Assembly: GCF_000619845.1 (NCBI RefSeq)
Contig: NZ_JHUX01000009.1
Coordinates: forward strand, 1-32,000
From: Alkanindiges illinoisensis DSM 15370
GTDB lineage: Bacteria > Pseudomonadota > Gammaproteobacteria > Pseudomonadales > Moraxellaceae
DNA length: 32,000 bases
Direction: 5' to 3'
Shown here: positions 8,821-17,329 of the stretch, in pieces
How the letters are laid out: each line of letters starts with the position of its first letter
Position numbering within the stretch: the first letter of the stretch is position 1
The notes under the pieces: model-generated
Databases searched by the model: none
The model's input: only the letters and a program-made list of their open reading frames with translations
Told to the model about the DNA's origin: nothing
Program-made: the position numbers and the translations under genes

Positions 8821-9522
8821 TTAAAGCTTGCTTGACCAGTTGAAATCATCAACAAAGACGCCCATTGGATTGACCAGAATATTGGCCTCATCGAGTGGCG
8901 GATTAATACTGACCGTCGTAATTGCAGACATTTCAAACTGGGAAATAATTACACCGGCGCGGTCATACTTGGTTTCCTTCCACTCCGAACGCCAGGTTTT
9001 GTCAGACATTGGAATGACTGAATGCAGCTCAATTCCCACAGTCTCAGATTCAGCCCGTTTAAACGGTGTATTACCGGCATAGAAGTTATTGAGTTTGTTA
9101 TAGGCTGGCGAACCCCGTTTCACCATTGAGTAACAAGTATCAATTAATGATTTTTGCGCCGCAAAATCGGTGTAGACACTTCGGCAGGATTCAATAAATG
9201 ACGCGATTTGTGCTTTAACAATACGGCTATCCGGTGCTGAGGCTACATCTGCCCGTCTTACAGCAACGGCCTGGCCAAGCTTGTCCACTTCTACCATGTA
9301 GGGAACAAGCTTATTTTGGGCACCGATATACGTCATTCCTATCACTGCAATAAGTGCAATGCCCATACAGATAAAGGCAGCCATTCTCCAAGTGTTAGCA
9401 CGTTGAATATAACTACCGTAACGCTCATTCCATTCCCGGTGACCATTGAGATACGGATTATTTGTATTCTCAACGGCTGGATTACTCACTTTAGATTGTT
9501 TGGATTTCATATCGTTTACCAT
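8821..9522 (-). CDS. trbF: P-type T4SS protein TrbF (VirB8 family)
   Basis: N-terminal motif NPYLNGHREWNERYGSYI followed by a single TM segment (AAFICMGIALIAVIG), as in TrbF/VirB8. The position between trbL and trbG also fits. Confidence 0.85.
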   Translation of the reverse strand: MVNDMKSKQSKVSNPAVENTNNPYLNGHREWNERYGSYIQRANTWRMAAFICMGIALIAVIGMTYIGAQNKLVPYMVEVDKLGQAVAVRRADVASAPDSRIVKAQIASFIESCRSVYTDFAAQKSLIDTCYSMVKRGSPAYNKLNNFYAGNTPFKRAESETVGIELHSVIPMSDKTWRSEWKETKYDRAGVIISQFEMSAITTVSINPPLDEANILVNPMGVFVDDFNWSSKL

Positions 9523-9574
9523 ATATTTTTAAGCATAAGCTACGCTTAACTAAAAGGTTTTTTAAAACTTCTAG

Positions 9575-10867
9575 TTAAGAAATTGTGTTGTCTGGTTTGT
9601 CTAAACTGGTGGTCGGATTATTATTCTGTCCGGTGCCTGGATTACCATTAGCAGGGGAATTTTGAGGAACCTGACGATTGGCTTTTAATTCCTGAGCTTG
9701 CCTACTCATGTCACCACTCATGCGCCCACCCATGTTGCCATGTCCATGATTTTGACCGGAAAACCGGCTGCCAATATCCTGCTTTAATGAGCTGCCCAGG
9801 TTTTTGGCCATTGAACCCATCATAAAACCGGCAGTACCCATCTTGGATGTTGGTGCATTACCTGCTGTTTTGGCATCTAAAAGCTGTTCACTGGCTAACT
9901 TGGCTGCACTACCAGTAGCCATACTTGCCCCAACCGCAGCGCCAGCCACTGCCCCTATACCACCACCAACAGCCGCAGCCGCAGCAGTTAAAGCACCACC
10001 ATTACCCACTGAGGCACCATTGATAATCCCTTGTACCAAATCAGGAATGGTTTTAGTTAGTGCTAGTAAGATAATTGCACAGCCAATCATGGTGACAATA
10101 TCAGCATTATTGGCTTCAAATTGAGCAGACCATTTCTCTACCATAGTAATGCCAATACCAGCAATGAGCTGCATAATGAATAATTTTGCCCCTACAGATA
10201 CAGCATATTGCAATGTGCGAATAGCATAGTCTTTAGTCCATCTTGATCCGCCAAAGCCCATGATTAGTACACTGGAAGATACAACGATATACATTTCAAC
10301 TAATGTTAAAACGATAAGAGCAGTAATTAATGCGAAGCAAACAATAATAACGATAGACGCTACAAGCATTCCTACAGAATCAATTGGTGACCAGGCGCTG
10401 ATTGAGTTTAATACCTTATTAACAATTTTCATCCCTTCAACAAAAAAGTCAGAAGGCATCATCAGACTTTTACCACTTGCTTGAGCTGCCGCTTCCCGAA
10501 AGCTATCAATGATATTTTTAGCAAAAGTCGAGGAATTTATAAGTAACCAATAAAAGAAACCAATAAATATAAGTTGATTAACAACTGCTGAAACGAAGTC
10601 AGATATATCTGAGCCACGAAAGGCTAACTCAATCATGGCCCATGCAAATTGAATAAATGCCAATAGCCAAAATAAATTAGTAGCTATAGTTAGCAACTTA
10701 GGTTCCCATGTAGCTGCGGAGTTTTTAAACTCATCAATCATATTATTGACTGATTGCTCACTGACCGCAGCATTAGCATCAACGGAAAATAAGAATAATG
10801 CTAAAATTGCAGTAGCTAAAATAAGCCAACGATAGCTATTTAAATTAACTACAGGCATTAATTTCAT
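9575..10867 (-). CDS. trbL: P-type T4SS protein TrbL (VirB6 family)
   Basis: Polytopic membrane protein with a Gly/Ala-rich C-terminal tail. The preferred start is the ATG at 10867 (MKLMPVV...), 2 nt after the stop of the upstream lipoprotein gene. The track ORF extends to 10900. Confidence 0.85.
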   Translation of the reverse strand: MKLMPVVNLNSYRWLILATAILALFLFSVDANAAVSEQSVNNMIDEFKNSAATWEPKLLTIATNLFWLLAFIQFAWAMIELAFRGSDISDFVSAVVNQLIFIGFFYWLLINSSTFAKNIIDSFREAAAQASGKSLMMPSDFFVEGMKIVNKVLNSISAWSPIDSVGMLVASIVIIVCFALITALIVLTLVEMYIVVSSSVLIMGFGGSRWTKDYAIRTLQYAVSVGAKLFIMQLIAGIGITMVEKWSAQFEANNADIVTMIGCAIILLALTKTIPDLVQGIINGASVGNGGALTAAAAAVGGGIGAVAGAAVGASMATGSAAKLASEQLLDAKTAGNAPTSKMGTAGFMMGSMAKNLGSSLKQDIGSRFSGQNHGHGNMGGRMSGDMSRQAQELKANRQVPQNSPANGNPGTGQNNNPTTSLDKPDNTIS

Positions 10868-10869
10868 GG

Positions 10870-11034
10870 CTAGTACCCCTTGCCTTTTGCACTGTCCCAA
10901 TCACGTTTATCAGTATTTTTTTCTTTCCACTCTTCTTTAGAAACACTTTGACCATCTTCTTTAGAACAAGCAGTCAACGTCAGAGTAGAAATAAAAATGC
11001 ACAAACAAATAGATATAGCTTGTTTTAACATCAT
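10870..11034 (-). CDS. Small lipoprotein (54 aa) in the trbK position; candidate entry-exclusion protein
   Basis: MMLKQAISICLCIFISTLTLTA-C is a lipoprotein signal with a lipobox. The ATG at 11034 lies 1 nt after the trbJ stop. A small lipoprotein between trbJ and trbL matches trbK in trbBCDEJKLFGHI operons. The upstream extension to 11175 in the track overlaps trbJ and is unlikely to be used. Confidence 0.6.
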   Translation of the reverse strand: MMLKQAISICLCIFISTLTLTACSKEDGQSVSKEEWKEKNTDKRDWDSAKGKGY

Positions 11035-11035
11035 A

Positions 11036-11788
11036 TTAATACCCCTTACCCTTTGCACCATCCCAGTTACGGCTATCAACATTGCGTTTTGCCCAGTCGG
11101 CACGCATCGCATCTTTTTCAGCCTGAGCTTGTGCCTGAGCTGTAATCGTTGCACGCTGGGAAGCAGCCATGACACTGTTTAAGTCATTCATTTGCTGAGC
11201 GACTACACCGAGCAACTGATTGGACGACTGAATCTGGGCAACCTGAGAAGCACCAGCACCACCGGCCGATTCATTCAAAATTGAGCTGATTTGCTGGTTA
11301 CGGTCAGCTATATTATTAATAGTAGCTTGTGCCTGCATTGCTGTTTTATTAGCGTCCTGAAGCTGGTTTGACCATTTTGAAAAATTGGCCAGCATCTGAT
11401 CCGGTGTTTGTTTAGTTCCAGCTTGTGAGTACAAAGTCTGAAATTCATTTTGCACTTGTGAAACACTTTGTTTTAGCGTTTTTGAAGCTGCAAGTAGCTG
11501 ATTAACATCACTTGCCTGTTTACTCACCTTTGAAATAACGCCTGAATAGTTACCTAGTCCAAGCTGTTTTAAAGCCTGCTCTGAGAGCGCATTACCACGA
11601 ACCAGGCTATTAATTTGCTGAACCTGATTACTAATTTGTGTGGCTTGATTCACCGCATTTTGAATCATGTTTGCAAAGTTAGCCCCATCAAAAACGGGGA
11701 TACCAGTTGCATTTGCAGTCACTGGTACAACAGAAGCAACAGTGGATACGCTCATTAAGATTGCTAAAGAGATTGCCTTGATTTTCAT
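11036..11788 (-). CDS. trbJ: P-type T4SS protein TrbJ (VirB5-like)
   Basis: Signal peptide (SVSTVASVVPVTANA) followed by a long Q/N/A-rich coiled-coil body typical of TrbJ. The position after trbE also fits. Confidence 0.85.
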   Translation of the reverse strand: MKIKAISLAILMSVSTVASVVPVTANATGIPVFDGANFANMIQNAVNQATQISNQVQQINSLVRGNALSEQALKQLGLGNYSGVISKVSKQASDVNQLLAASKTLKQSVSQVQNEFQTLYSQAGTKQTPDQMLANFSKWSNQLQDANKTAMQAQATINNIADRNQQISSILNESAGGAGASQVAQIQSSNQLLGVVAQQMNDLNSVMAASQRATITAQAQAQAEKDAMRADWAKRNVDSRNWDGAKGKGY

Positions 11789-11810
11789 AATTCACCTCAG
11801 ATAGAAAAAT

Positions 11811-11824
11811 TTTCGTTAACGAAA
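11811..11824. promoter_or_regulatory. Palindrome TTTCGTTAACGAAA (perfect copy 1), inside the trb operon between the trbM-like gene and trbJ
   Basis: Exact 14-bp palindrome read directly. Confidence 0.6.
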
Positions 11825-11842
11825 GTTTTAACTGGTCATTGC

Positions 11843-12259
11843 TTACCAGTTAATTTCACGTACTACATCGCTACCATCTTCCGCAGCGCCCTTGATTGTT
11901 AAAATCATGGCCTGACAACGGAAGCCCTTACCGCTTTTCCACTGGCCTCGCGTTTCACCGTCAGGACAAACATTGTTGTTTTTGCCGAGCCAACGGGTAA
12001 AAACGCCTGAAGTGTTGTAGTCGCCTGGATTACTTCCACCAGGGGAAACAAAGCTACAATGTGGGAATCCCTTTCCCTTGGCCAAATCACGAGTAACTTG
12101 ACGGATGGTCGATGCACACTCAGCAACGCCCTTACCACCGGCAAAGCATAAAAGCGCCTGACAACCATAGTTATCATCAGCTAATGCCACGCTACTGGAG
12201 AGTGCTGCCACGCTAAAAACCATAGGCAACAACGCCTGATTAATGAGTTTTGATTTCAA
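11843..12259 (-). CDS. Cys-rich periplasmic protein, TrbM-like
   Basis: Signal peptide KSKLINQALLPMVFSVAALSSSVALA-DD, then GCQALLCFAGGKG, which resembles the C-x-A-x-LC motif of TrbM-type proteins. The preferred start is the TTG at 12259, with AAGGAA 7 nt upstream. The track ATG at 12307 lies inside trbE. Confidence 0.55.
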   Translation of the reverse strand: MKSKLINQALLPMVFSVAALSSSVALADDNYGCQALLCFAGGKGVAECASTIRQVTRDLAKGKGFPHCSFVSPGGSNPGDYNTSGVFTRWLGKNNNVCPDGETRGQWKSGKGFRCQAMILTIKGAAEDGSDVVREINW

Positions 12260-14717
12260 AATTGATTCCTTTATGTTCCAGCCATTTGAAAGGCCATCCC
12301 TGGCCATCTACTTCCATAAACTCACGGATAAGCTTGTGATTATCCTTGTAATTCACTGCTACAAAGTTTAAGGCAACGCTGTCCAGACCCAGGGTAAACA
12401 TGCGTTTGCCTTCCGCACTGGTAAAATAATAGTCGCGCTTGCGGGTTGCATTCTTGAGCATATTAATTTCAGTGCTGTTTAACCCCATGATGGTATAAAG
12501 GTCATTTGGCCCTGGCACTTCAGCAGTACCGGCTTTATCCGCTTCTGGATTAGGCAACAGAATTTTGGTTGGGCATGATTCAATGAGGACATCAAAAATG
12601 CCTGAAGACACCGCATCGGTGAGTGATTGTGTGGCCATGCACACCAGACAATTGGCTTTACGCAAAACCTTTAACCATTCACGGATTTTTGCCCTGAACG
12701 CTGGGTGACCCAGCATTAACCAGGCCTCATCCAGAATCAGCATGGTTGGCCGACCATTTAAGGATTTTTCAATACGGCGGAACAGGTATAACAATACCGG
12801 CAATAAATTCGCCTCACCCATTTCCATAAGGTGTTCAATTTCAAAAACTGTCCAGTGTTCATTGCCGGTGATCAGGCCATCATGCCGGGCATCAAGCAAT
12901 GACCCTAAAATGCCGTCAATCGAATAATGCTTTAAGGCACTACGCACATCTTCATCCTGAACGGTCAGCAAGAAGTCGGTAATGGAGCGTTCCCCAGGTA
13001 CTTTTTCTTCCCGTAACAGTTTCATGGCACGGGTAACTTCGCTTTTTTGTTTTGGCGTTAACATCTGATTGGTTTGCAAATGGTAGCAAGTGCCGATCCA
13101 CTCAATTGCCCAGTTCAAGTCCACATCAGTGTCAATGGCTGATAAAGGCGCAAATGACAGGACATTTTCCTCGCCCCCGATGTCGTAGTGTTTACCACCG
13201 CAGGCCAATGATGCAGCCCAGGCAGAATTACCCTTATCAAAGGCAAATATCTGGGCATCCTTATAGCGCAGGAACTGGACGGCCAGGGTATTGAGCAATA
13301 CGGACTTACCAGCACCAGTTGGCCCAAAAATCAGGGTATGGCCAAGATCATCAACATGCAGGTTTATCCGAAACGGCGTTGCTCCATTGGTTGAGCCATA
13401 CATGAGTGGTGGCGATTGTGGGGGATAGTAAGGGCATGGGCATTCAGTACGGCCTGCCCAGATATTGCTTAATGGCAGTAAATCCGACTGATTTAGAGTA
13501 TGAATCAGGGGACGACGGACATTGGGCATCGCATGACCCGGCAGTGTCCCTAACCACGCTTCCAAGGAATTAATCGTTTCAATGCGGCAGGCAAAGCCCA
13601 GTCGTTGGATTTCCCGGACAACAAAGCGAGACTGTTCATGGACTTCCTCAAGGTTTTCACCCTGAATGACCACAATGCTGGTGAAATAACCAAAAGTGAC
13701 CAAACCGCTAGAGGCCTCGGTAATGGCATTGTTCGCATCGACCGACATTAACAAGGCATCTTCATTAATCTGGGCATTCTGGGTTTTAAAGGTCTGGGCA
13801 AAAAAGCCCCGGACTTTTTGTTTCCATTTGCGCTTGACCTTGTTCAGCTCGCTTAATGCTTCATGCTGATCCAGATAGATCATGCGACTTGACCAGCGAT
13901 AGGACAGCGGCAGCGCTTCTAATACAGCAAGAATGTTGGGATAGCTTTCAGGCGGATAGCCTTCAATGGCCACTGGGCAAATGTAGTTACTACCGACTTT
14001 TGGGGTATCGCCTGTGACCAGGACATGACCACCCAGATAGGTGTCCATGTAAGCCCCATAGGGCGGGATATTCAACTCAATGAAACGACCAGTGAGGCAA
14101 TACATCAGGTAATTGACCAGTTCATCACGCAGATGCTCACGGCCAAACTGATCAGTGACGGTATAGCCTTTCATGCGCTGCAAGGCGATAGTGCCGCCGA
14201 GTAAATCTTCAAAAGTGGCAAGCTGCTTATTAAAATAATCGAGTATCTGGTCTTGAACTGACTTCTTGGGCGTATTGGCATCATCACGCCAGATTAAGTC
14301 GTTGACTTTGGATGAAACACGCAATGGCGGCATATAGCTAATGACCATTACATATTCGGTGACATAATGGCCACCTTCCTGCTGAAAACCCTGACGGCGA
14401 TGATCGTCAATTAATTTAGAAACCGGATCAGGGAAATAGTTTCTGTTTTCTTCAGGATAATAGTTATCAGCAATTCGTGCTGCATCGTGCCAGCTCACCC
14501 AGCCATTACCAAAACGGGATAACGCAGCATTCACCCGGTTGGTAATGTAGTTACGCTCATCATTGGTGGCGCTACCAATATCATCACCACGATAAAAATA
14601 GCCCACCATGATGCTGCCGTCTTTATTCATGACAACGCCACTATCGACCAGGGCGGCATAATTTAAAATGTCCGGCAGACCTTTGGCCTTTTTCCGATAT
14701 GTTTCTAATGCGAGCAT
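12240..14717 (-). CDS. trbE: P-type T4SS ATPase TrbE (VirB4 family)
   Basis: 825 aa with Walker A (LIFGPTGAGKSVLLNTL) and Walker B (PTMLILDEAWLML). Size and position are typical. Confidence 0.95.
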   Translation of the reverse strand: MLALETYRKKAKGLPDILNYAALVDSGVVMNKDGSIMVGYFYRGDDIGSATNDERNYITNRVNAALSRFGNGWVSWHDAARIADNYYPEENRNYFPDPVSKLIDDHRRQGFQQEGGHYVTEYVMVISYMPPLRVSSKVNDLIWRDDANTPKKSVQDQILDYFNKQLATFEDLLGGTIALQRMKGYTVTDQFGREHLRDELVNYLMYCLTGRFIELNIPPYGAYMDTYLGGHVLVTGDTPKVGSNYICPVAIEGYPPESYPNILAVLEALPLSYRWSSRMIYLDQHEALSELNKVKRKWKQKVRGFFAQTFKTQNAQINEDALLMSVDANNAITEASSGLVTFGYFTSIVVIQGENLEEVHEQSRFVVREIQRLGFACRIETINSLEAWLGTLPGHAMPNVRRPLIHTLNQSDLLPLSNIWAGRTECPCPYYPPQSPPLMYGSTNGATPFRINLHVDDLGHTLIFGPTGAGKSVLLNTLAVQFLRYKDAQIFAFDKGNSAWAASLACGGKHYDIGGEENVLSFAPLSAIDTDVDLNWAIEWIGTCYHLQTNQMLTPKQKSEVTRAMKLLREEKVPGERSITDFLLTVQDEDVRSALKHYSIDGILGSLLDARHDGLITGNEHWTVFEIEHLMEMGEANLLPVLLYLFRRIEKSLNGRPTMLILDEAWLMLGHPAFRAKIREWLKVLRKANCLVCMATQSLTDAVSSGIFDVLIESCPTKILLPNPEADKAGTAEVPGPNDLYTIMGLNSTEINMLKNATRKRDYYFTSAEGKRMFTLGLDSVALNFVAVNYKDNHKLIREFMEVDGQGWPFKWLEHKGINFEIKTH

Positions 14718-14728
14718 TTTATTACCTA

Positions 14729-15025
14729 TTATTCTGTACGAAATGGCGTAGAACGAGCCAGGTAAATATCTTGGTTCTTGAATTGGCGTAAATACACCTT
14801 TGACGCTAGCGGATCAGCCGAGGCAATGCGTCTTAATAAAATTAGAGCAACGACCCATATTCCGACACCAAACAGGATTGATGACCAGGTTTTAAGCGCA
14901 AAGATCATAATTGCTGCAATAAGGCCAGCCATTAAAATCAATTCCCGTTCACACCCCAGCAATAAGCTTGGCCGTGTTAAGGCACGATTAATGGTTGAAC
15001 GTCGTAATGGAGTTTCGTTGCTCAT
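14729..15025 (-). CDS. trbD: P-type T4SS protein TrbD (VirB3 family)
   Basis: 98-aa protein with two TM segments and an N-terminal motif (LRRSTINRALTRPSLLLGCEREL) typical of TrbD/VirB3. It sits between trbC and trbE. Confidence 0.85.
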   Translation of the reverse strand: MSNETPLRRSTINRALTRPSLLLGCERELILMAGLIAAIMIFALKTWSSILFGVGIWVVALILLRRIASADPLASKVYLRQFKNQDIYLARSTPFRTE

Positions 15026-15037
15026 GAAATTACCTAC

Positions 15038-15451
15038 TTACTGATTTGAACAAGTCACTGCTGCTTGTGTATTTTCACAAGTTGGAATGGTTGCTGACTT
15101 ACCAGTCAGGTTAGTCAATACTTGGGCTGCAAATACGATGATGGAAACCACTAAAACAACCATGATCATTTTGCGGGTGAACTCATTCATTTCACCGCCA
15201 AAGATCAATGTCATACCAGTTGCAGCAATGGCCAGAATGGCCACACCAATCGCAACAGGCCCGGTCACACTATCCTTGAACTTTGTCAGTGGGTCTTCCC
15301 AAGGCATGCTGCTACTGGTGGTTGCTGCATGGGCAAAGTCAGGCATCAGTACCAGAACAGCTATAACTGCAATGGCCAATACCCAATATAAAAAGGTACG
15401 GGACTGCATAAACTGCAAATTTAATGTTGGTAGTGTAGGATTCATTGTCAT
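15038..15451 (-). CDS. trbC: T4SS pilin precursor TrbC (VirB2 family)
   Basis: Long signal peptide ending FAHA-A, two hydrophobic helices (PVAIGVAILAIAATGMTLIF; MIMVVLVVSIIVFAAQVL) and a short C-terminal extension. This is the architecture of a P-type propilin. Confidence 0.85.
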   Translation of the reverse strand: MTMNPTLPTLNLQFMQSRTFLYWVLAIAVIAVLVLMPDFAHAATTSSSMPWEDPLTKFKDSVTGPVAIGVAILAIAATGMTLIFGGEMNEFTRKMIMVVLVVSIIVFAAQVLTNLTGKSATIPTCENTQAAVTCSNQ

Positions 15452-15464
15452 AGCTCTCTTACGA

Positions 15465-16403
15465 TTAATTAATCGTGGTCAGTTGATAATCATTATTTCT
15501 GTAGCCATCGACAGAAATAATTTCTTTTACTTTGCGGCCCCCTTCGGATTTGACGATGCAAATAACGACATCAACCGCCTCAGCAATAAGTTGTTGTTGT
15601 GGAGCTGGAGTTGCTTCACTTATGAGTTGTTCCATGCGGATCAAACCGGCGCGTGCATCATTGGCATGAACTGTTGCCACACCACCAGGATGTCCAGTGT
15701 TCCAGGCTTTTAACAGGGCAAGTGCTTCCTCGCCCCGCACCTCACCCACTAAAATCCGGTCTGGCCGCAAACGCATGGTTGCCTTTAATAGTCGCAACAT
15801 GGACACATGCTCAGTCGAACGCATAATGACCACGTTTTTGGAACTACATTGGATCTCGCCGGTATCTTCGATAATGGCCAAACGATGGTCTGGCGTATAA
15901 GTTGAAATTGCTTCGATAATCGCGTTGGTTAAGGTAGTTTTTCCTGTACCTGTACCGCCAACGACCAGAATATTTTTGCGGCTTTTAACCGAAGTAATAA
16001 TCATTTCCCTCTGATAAGACGACATTATCCCGTCATTGACATAATCATCGAGGGTAAAAATCTTGTAGGCTTTCTTACGGATCGTGAACGTCGGTGCACT
16101 AACAATAGGGGGGATCAATGCCTCAAAACGGCTACCATCAATGGGAAGCTCACATTCTAAAATCGGTTTTTCACTAGTAATTGTTGTATTGATCGTGGAT
16201 GCAACAGTGGCCATTAATGATTCTGCCTGAGAAGCAACCATTTCACCGACCGGTTGCATTTCTTGTCCCAGGCGCTCAACCCATAATTTGCCATCTGGAT
16301 TGAGCATAATTTCCACTACATCTTTTTCGGTTAAAAGCTGTGTAATGGTTTGACCCAATTCACGTTGGAGCTTTTCCTTCACCCGAAGAAACTTGTCGTT
16401 CAT
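15465..16403 (-). CDS. trbB: T4SS ATPase TrbB (VirB11 family)
   Basis: Walker A (VVGGTGTGKTTLTNAI), Asp box (AIIEDTGEI), Walker B/His box (RPDRILVGEVRGEEA...NTGHPG). Confidence 0.95.
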   Translation of the reverse strand: MNDKFLRVKEKLQRELGQTITQLLTEKDVVEIMLNPDGKLWVERLGQEMQPVGEMVASQAESLMATVASTINTTITSEKPILECELPIDGSRFEALIPPIVSAPTFTIRKKAYKIFTLDDYVNDGIMSSYQREMIITSVKSRKNILVVGGTGTGKTTLTNAIIEAISTYTPDHRLAIIEDTGEIQCSSKNVVIMRSTEHVSMLRLLKATMRLRPDRILVGEVRGEEALALLKAWNTGHPGGVATVHANDARAGLIRMEQLISEATPAPQQQLIAEAVDVVICIVKSEGGRKVKEIISVDGYRNNDYQLTTIN

Positions 16404-16725
16404 TAACGTCAGTATCCTTAAAAAACACAGTGAGATACTTCACCGCATTGTATTTAGTCTCAATATGCGAATAGAGCCTGTCTAAACTTGACCATACTCG
16501 CGGTTGTTTCTTGGTATTAACCAGCAGTAATTCTTCATCTTTCCACGATAACGTCACATAAATGTGAAAGCCTTTACCTTCAGGCGTTGGCGCAATCTTG
16601 ATTTGTTTAACTGCATTAGCTCTTGCGTTATCGACAAGGGTTGATTCTTGGATGGTGTTCATGTCCGTTAATTCTTCCGCTGGAACTGGATAAGTCGGAC
16701 ATACTAAATGTTTCAAGATCGCCAT
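16360..16725 (-). CDS. Hypothetical protein (up to 121 aa), first ORF of the trb transcription unit; start uncertain
   Basis: The ORF overlaps the trbB start by 44 nt. Neither the ATG at 16725 nor the internal ATG at 16662 (MNTIQEST...) has a convincing SD. No family was recognised. Confidence 0.4.
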   Translation of the reverse strand: MAILKHLVCPTYPVPAEELTDMNTIQESTLVDNARANAVKQIKIAPTPEGKGFHIYVTLSWKDEELLLVNTKKQPRVWSSLDRLYSHIETKYNAVKYLTVFFKDTDVNERQVSSGEGKAPT

Positions 16726-16813
16726 GCTAATAGTTAAATATCTCTATAACGAATTATAGAATATCATCTAAACGTAGTATAGCAAGTCGATTTTATGAAT
16801 TTATATATAACGA

Positions 16814-16840
16814 GTTAACGAAATAGTATATTTCGTTAAT
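16814..16840. promoter_or_regulatory. Rearranged palindrome: GTTAACGAAAT-(5-6 nt)-ATTTCGTTAA (half-sites in swapped order) in the region upstream of the trb operon
   Basis: Read directly. The arms TTAACGAAAT and ATTTCGTTAA are inverted repeats built from the same half-site as TTTCGTTAACGAAA. Confidence 0.45.
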
Positions 16841-17051
16841 TGAAGGCAATAAAATAGATAGGGATGAATATTTTTAAGCATTTAAAACAATACCTTATTA
16901 AAAAAAACGAACGATAAAGTTCTTTATCTGAAGTAAACCTAAGAAATTATTAACTGAATAGACAGAATGTTCTGTCCAATAATTCTAAAACAGAAAAATT
17001 ACAGGGTCGATACCCTAATTGATAAAATTTGTCATTTAAGTTATTTTTTTG

Positions 17052-17297
17052 TCACAGGAACATGTCGGAAATTGTCTTTTTTAATGCGAATGTGACCAGT
17101 GCCATCTTTTCAAAGCTAATGTTTACACGACCGTTTTCAATGGCTGATATTTGTGGTTGCGTTTGGCCAGTTTTTTGACCTAGCTCTAATTGGGATAAGG
17201 AAGCGTTTTTGCGGTAGCGTTTGACGTTTAGACCAAATTGGACTTTTAAAAGTTGCACCGCCTTCTGGCTTTCAGGTAGCATCGCATTTTTACTCAT
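17052..17297 (-). CDS. XRE-family HTH transcriptional regulator (81 aa)
   Basis: LNVKRYRKNASLSQLELGQKTGQTQPQISAIENGRVNISFEKM is a canonical Cro/CI-type HTH. Confidence 0.85.
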   Translation of the reverse strand: MSKNAMLPESQKAVQLLKVQFGLNVKRYRKNASLSQLELGQKTGQTQPQISAIENGRVNISFEKMALVTFALKKTISDMFL

Positions 17298-17329
17298 CTT
17301 TTATCCGCATTCCCTCGTACTGCATACTT

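Noticed and set aside
12260-12307. ATG 12307 as the start of the trbM-like gene
   Set aside because: It would add 16 residues (MARDGLSNGWNIKESI) encoded inside trbE, ahead of an otherwise canonical signal peptide. The TTG at 12259 has an AAGGAA SD and gives a normal n-region. The longer form cannot be excluded.
8120-16000. Other shadow ORFs within trbG, trbF, trbL, trbJ, the trbM-like gene, trbE, trbD, trbC and trbB. Examples: 8120-8470, 8519-8824, 8828-9082, 9316-9549, 9804-10124, 10260-10484, 10997-11182, 11905-12177, 12742-12927, 13052-13294, 13115-13327, 13550-13738, 14778-15044, 15087-15713, 15697-15900
   Set aside because: Each is nested in, or antisense to, a T4SS gene with clear family motifs. 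The 208-aa ORF at 15087-15713 spans the trbC/trbB junction antisense and has no start context.
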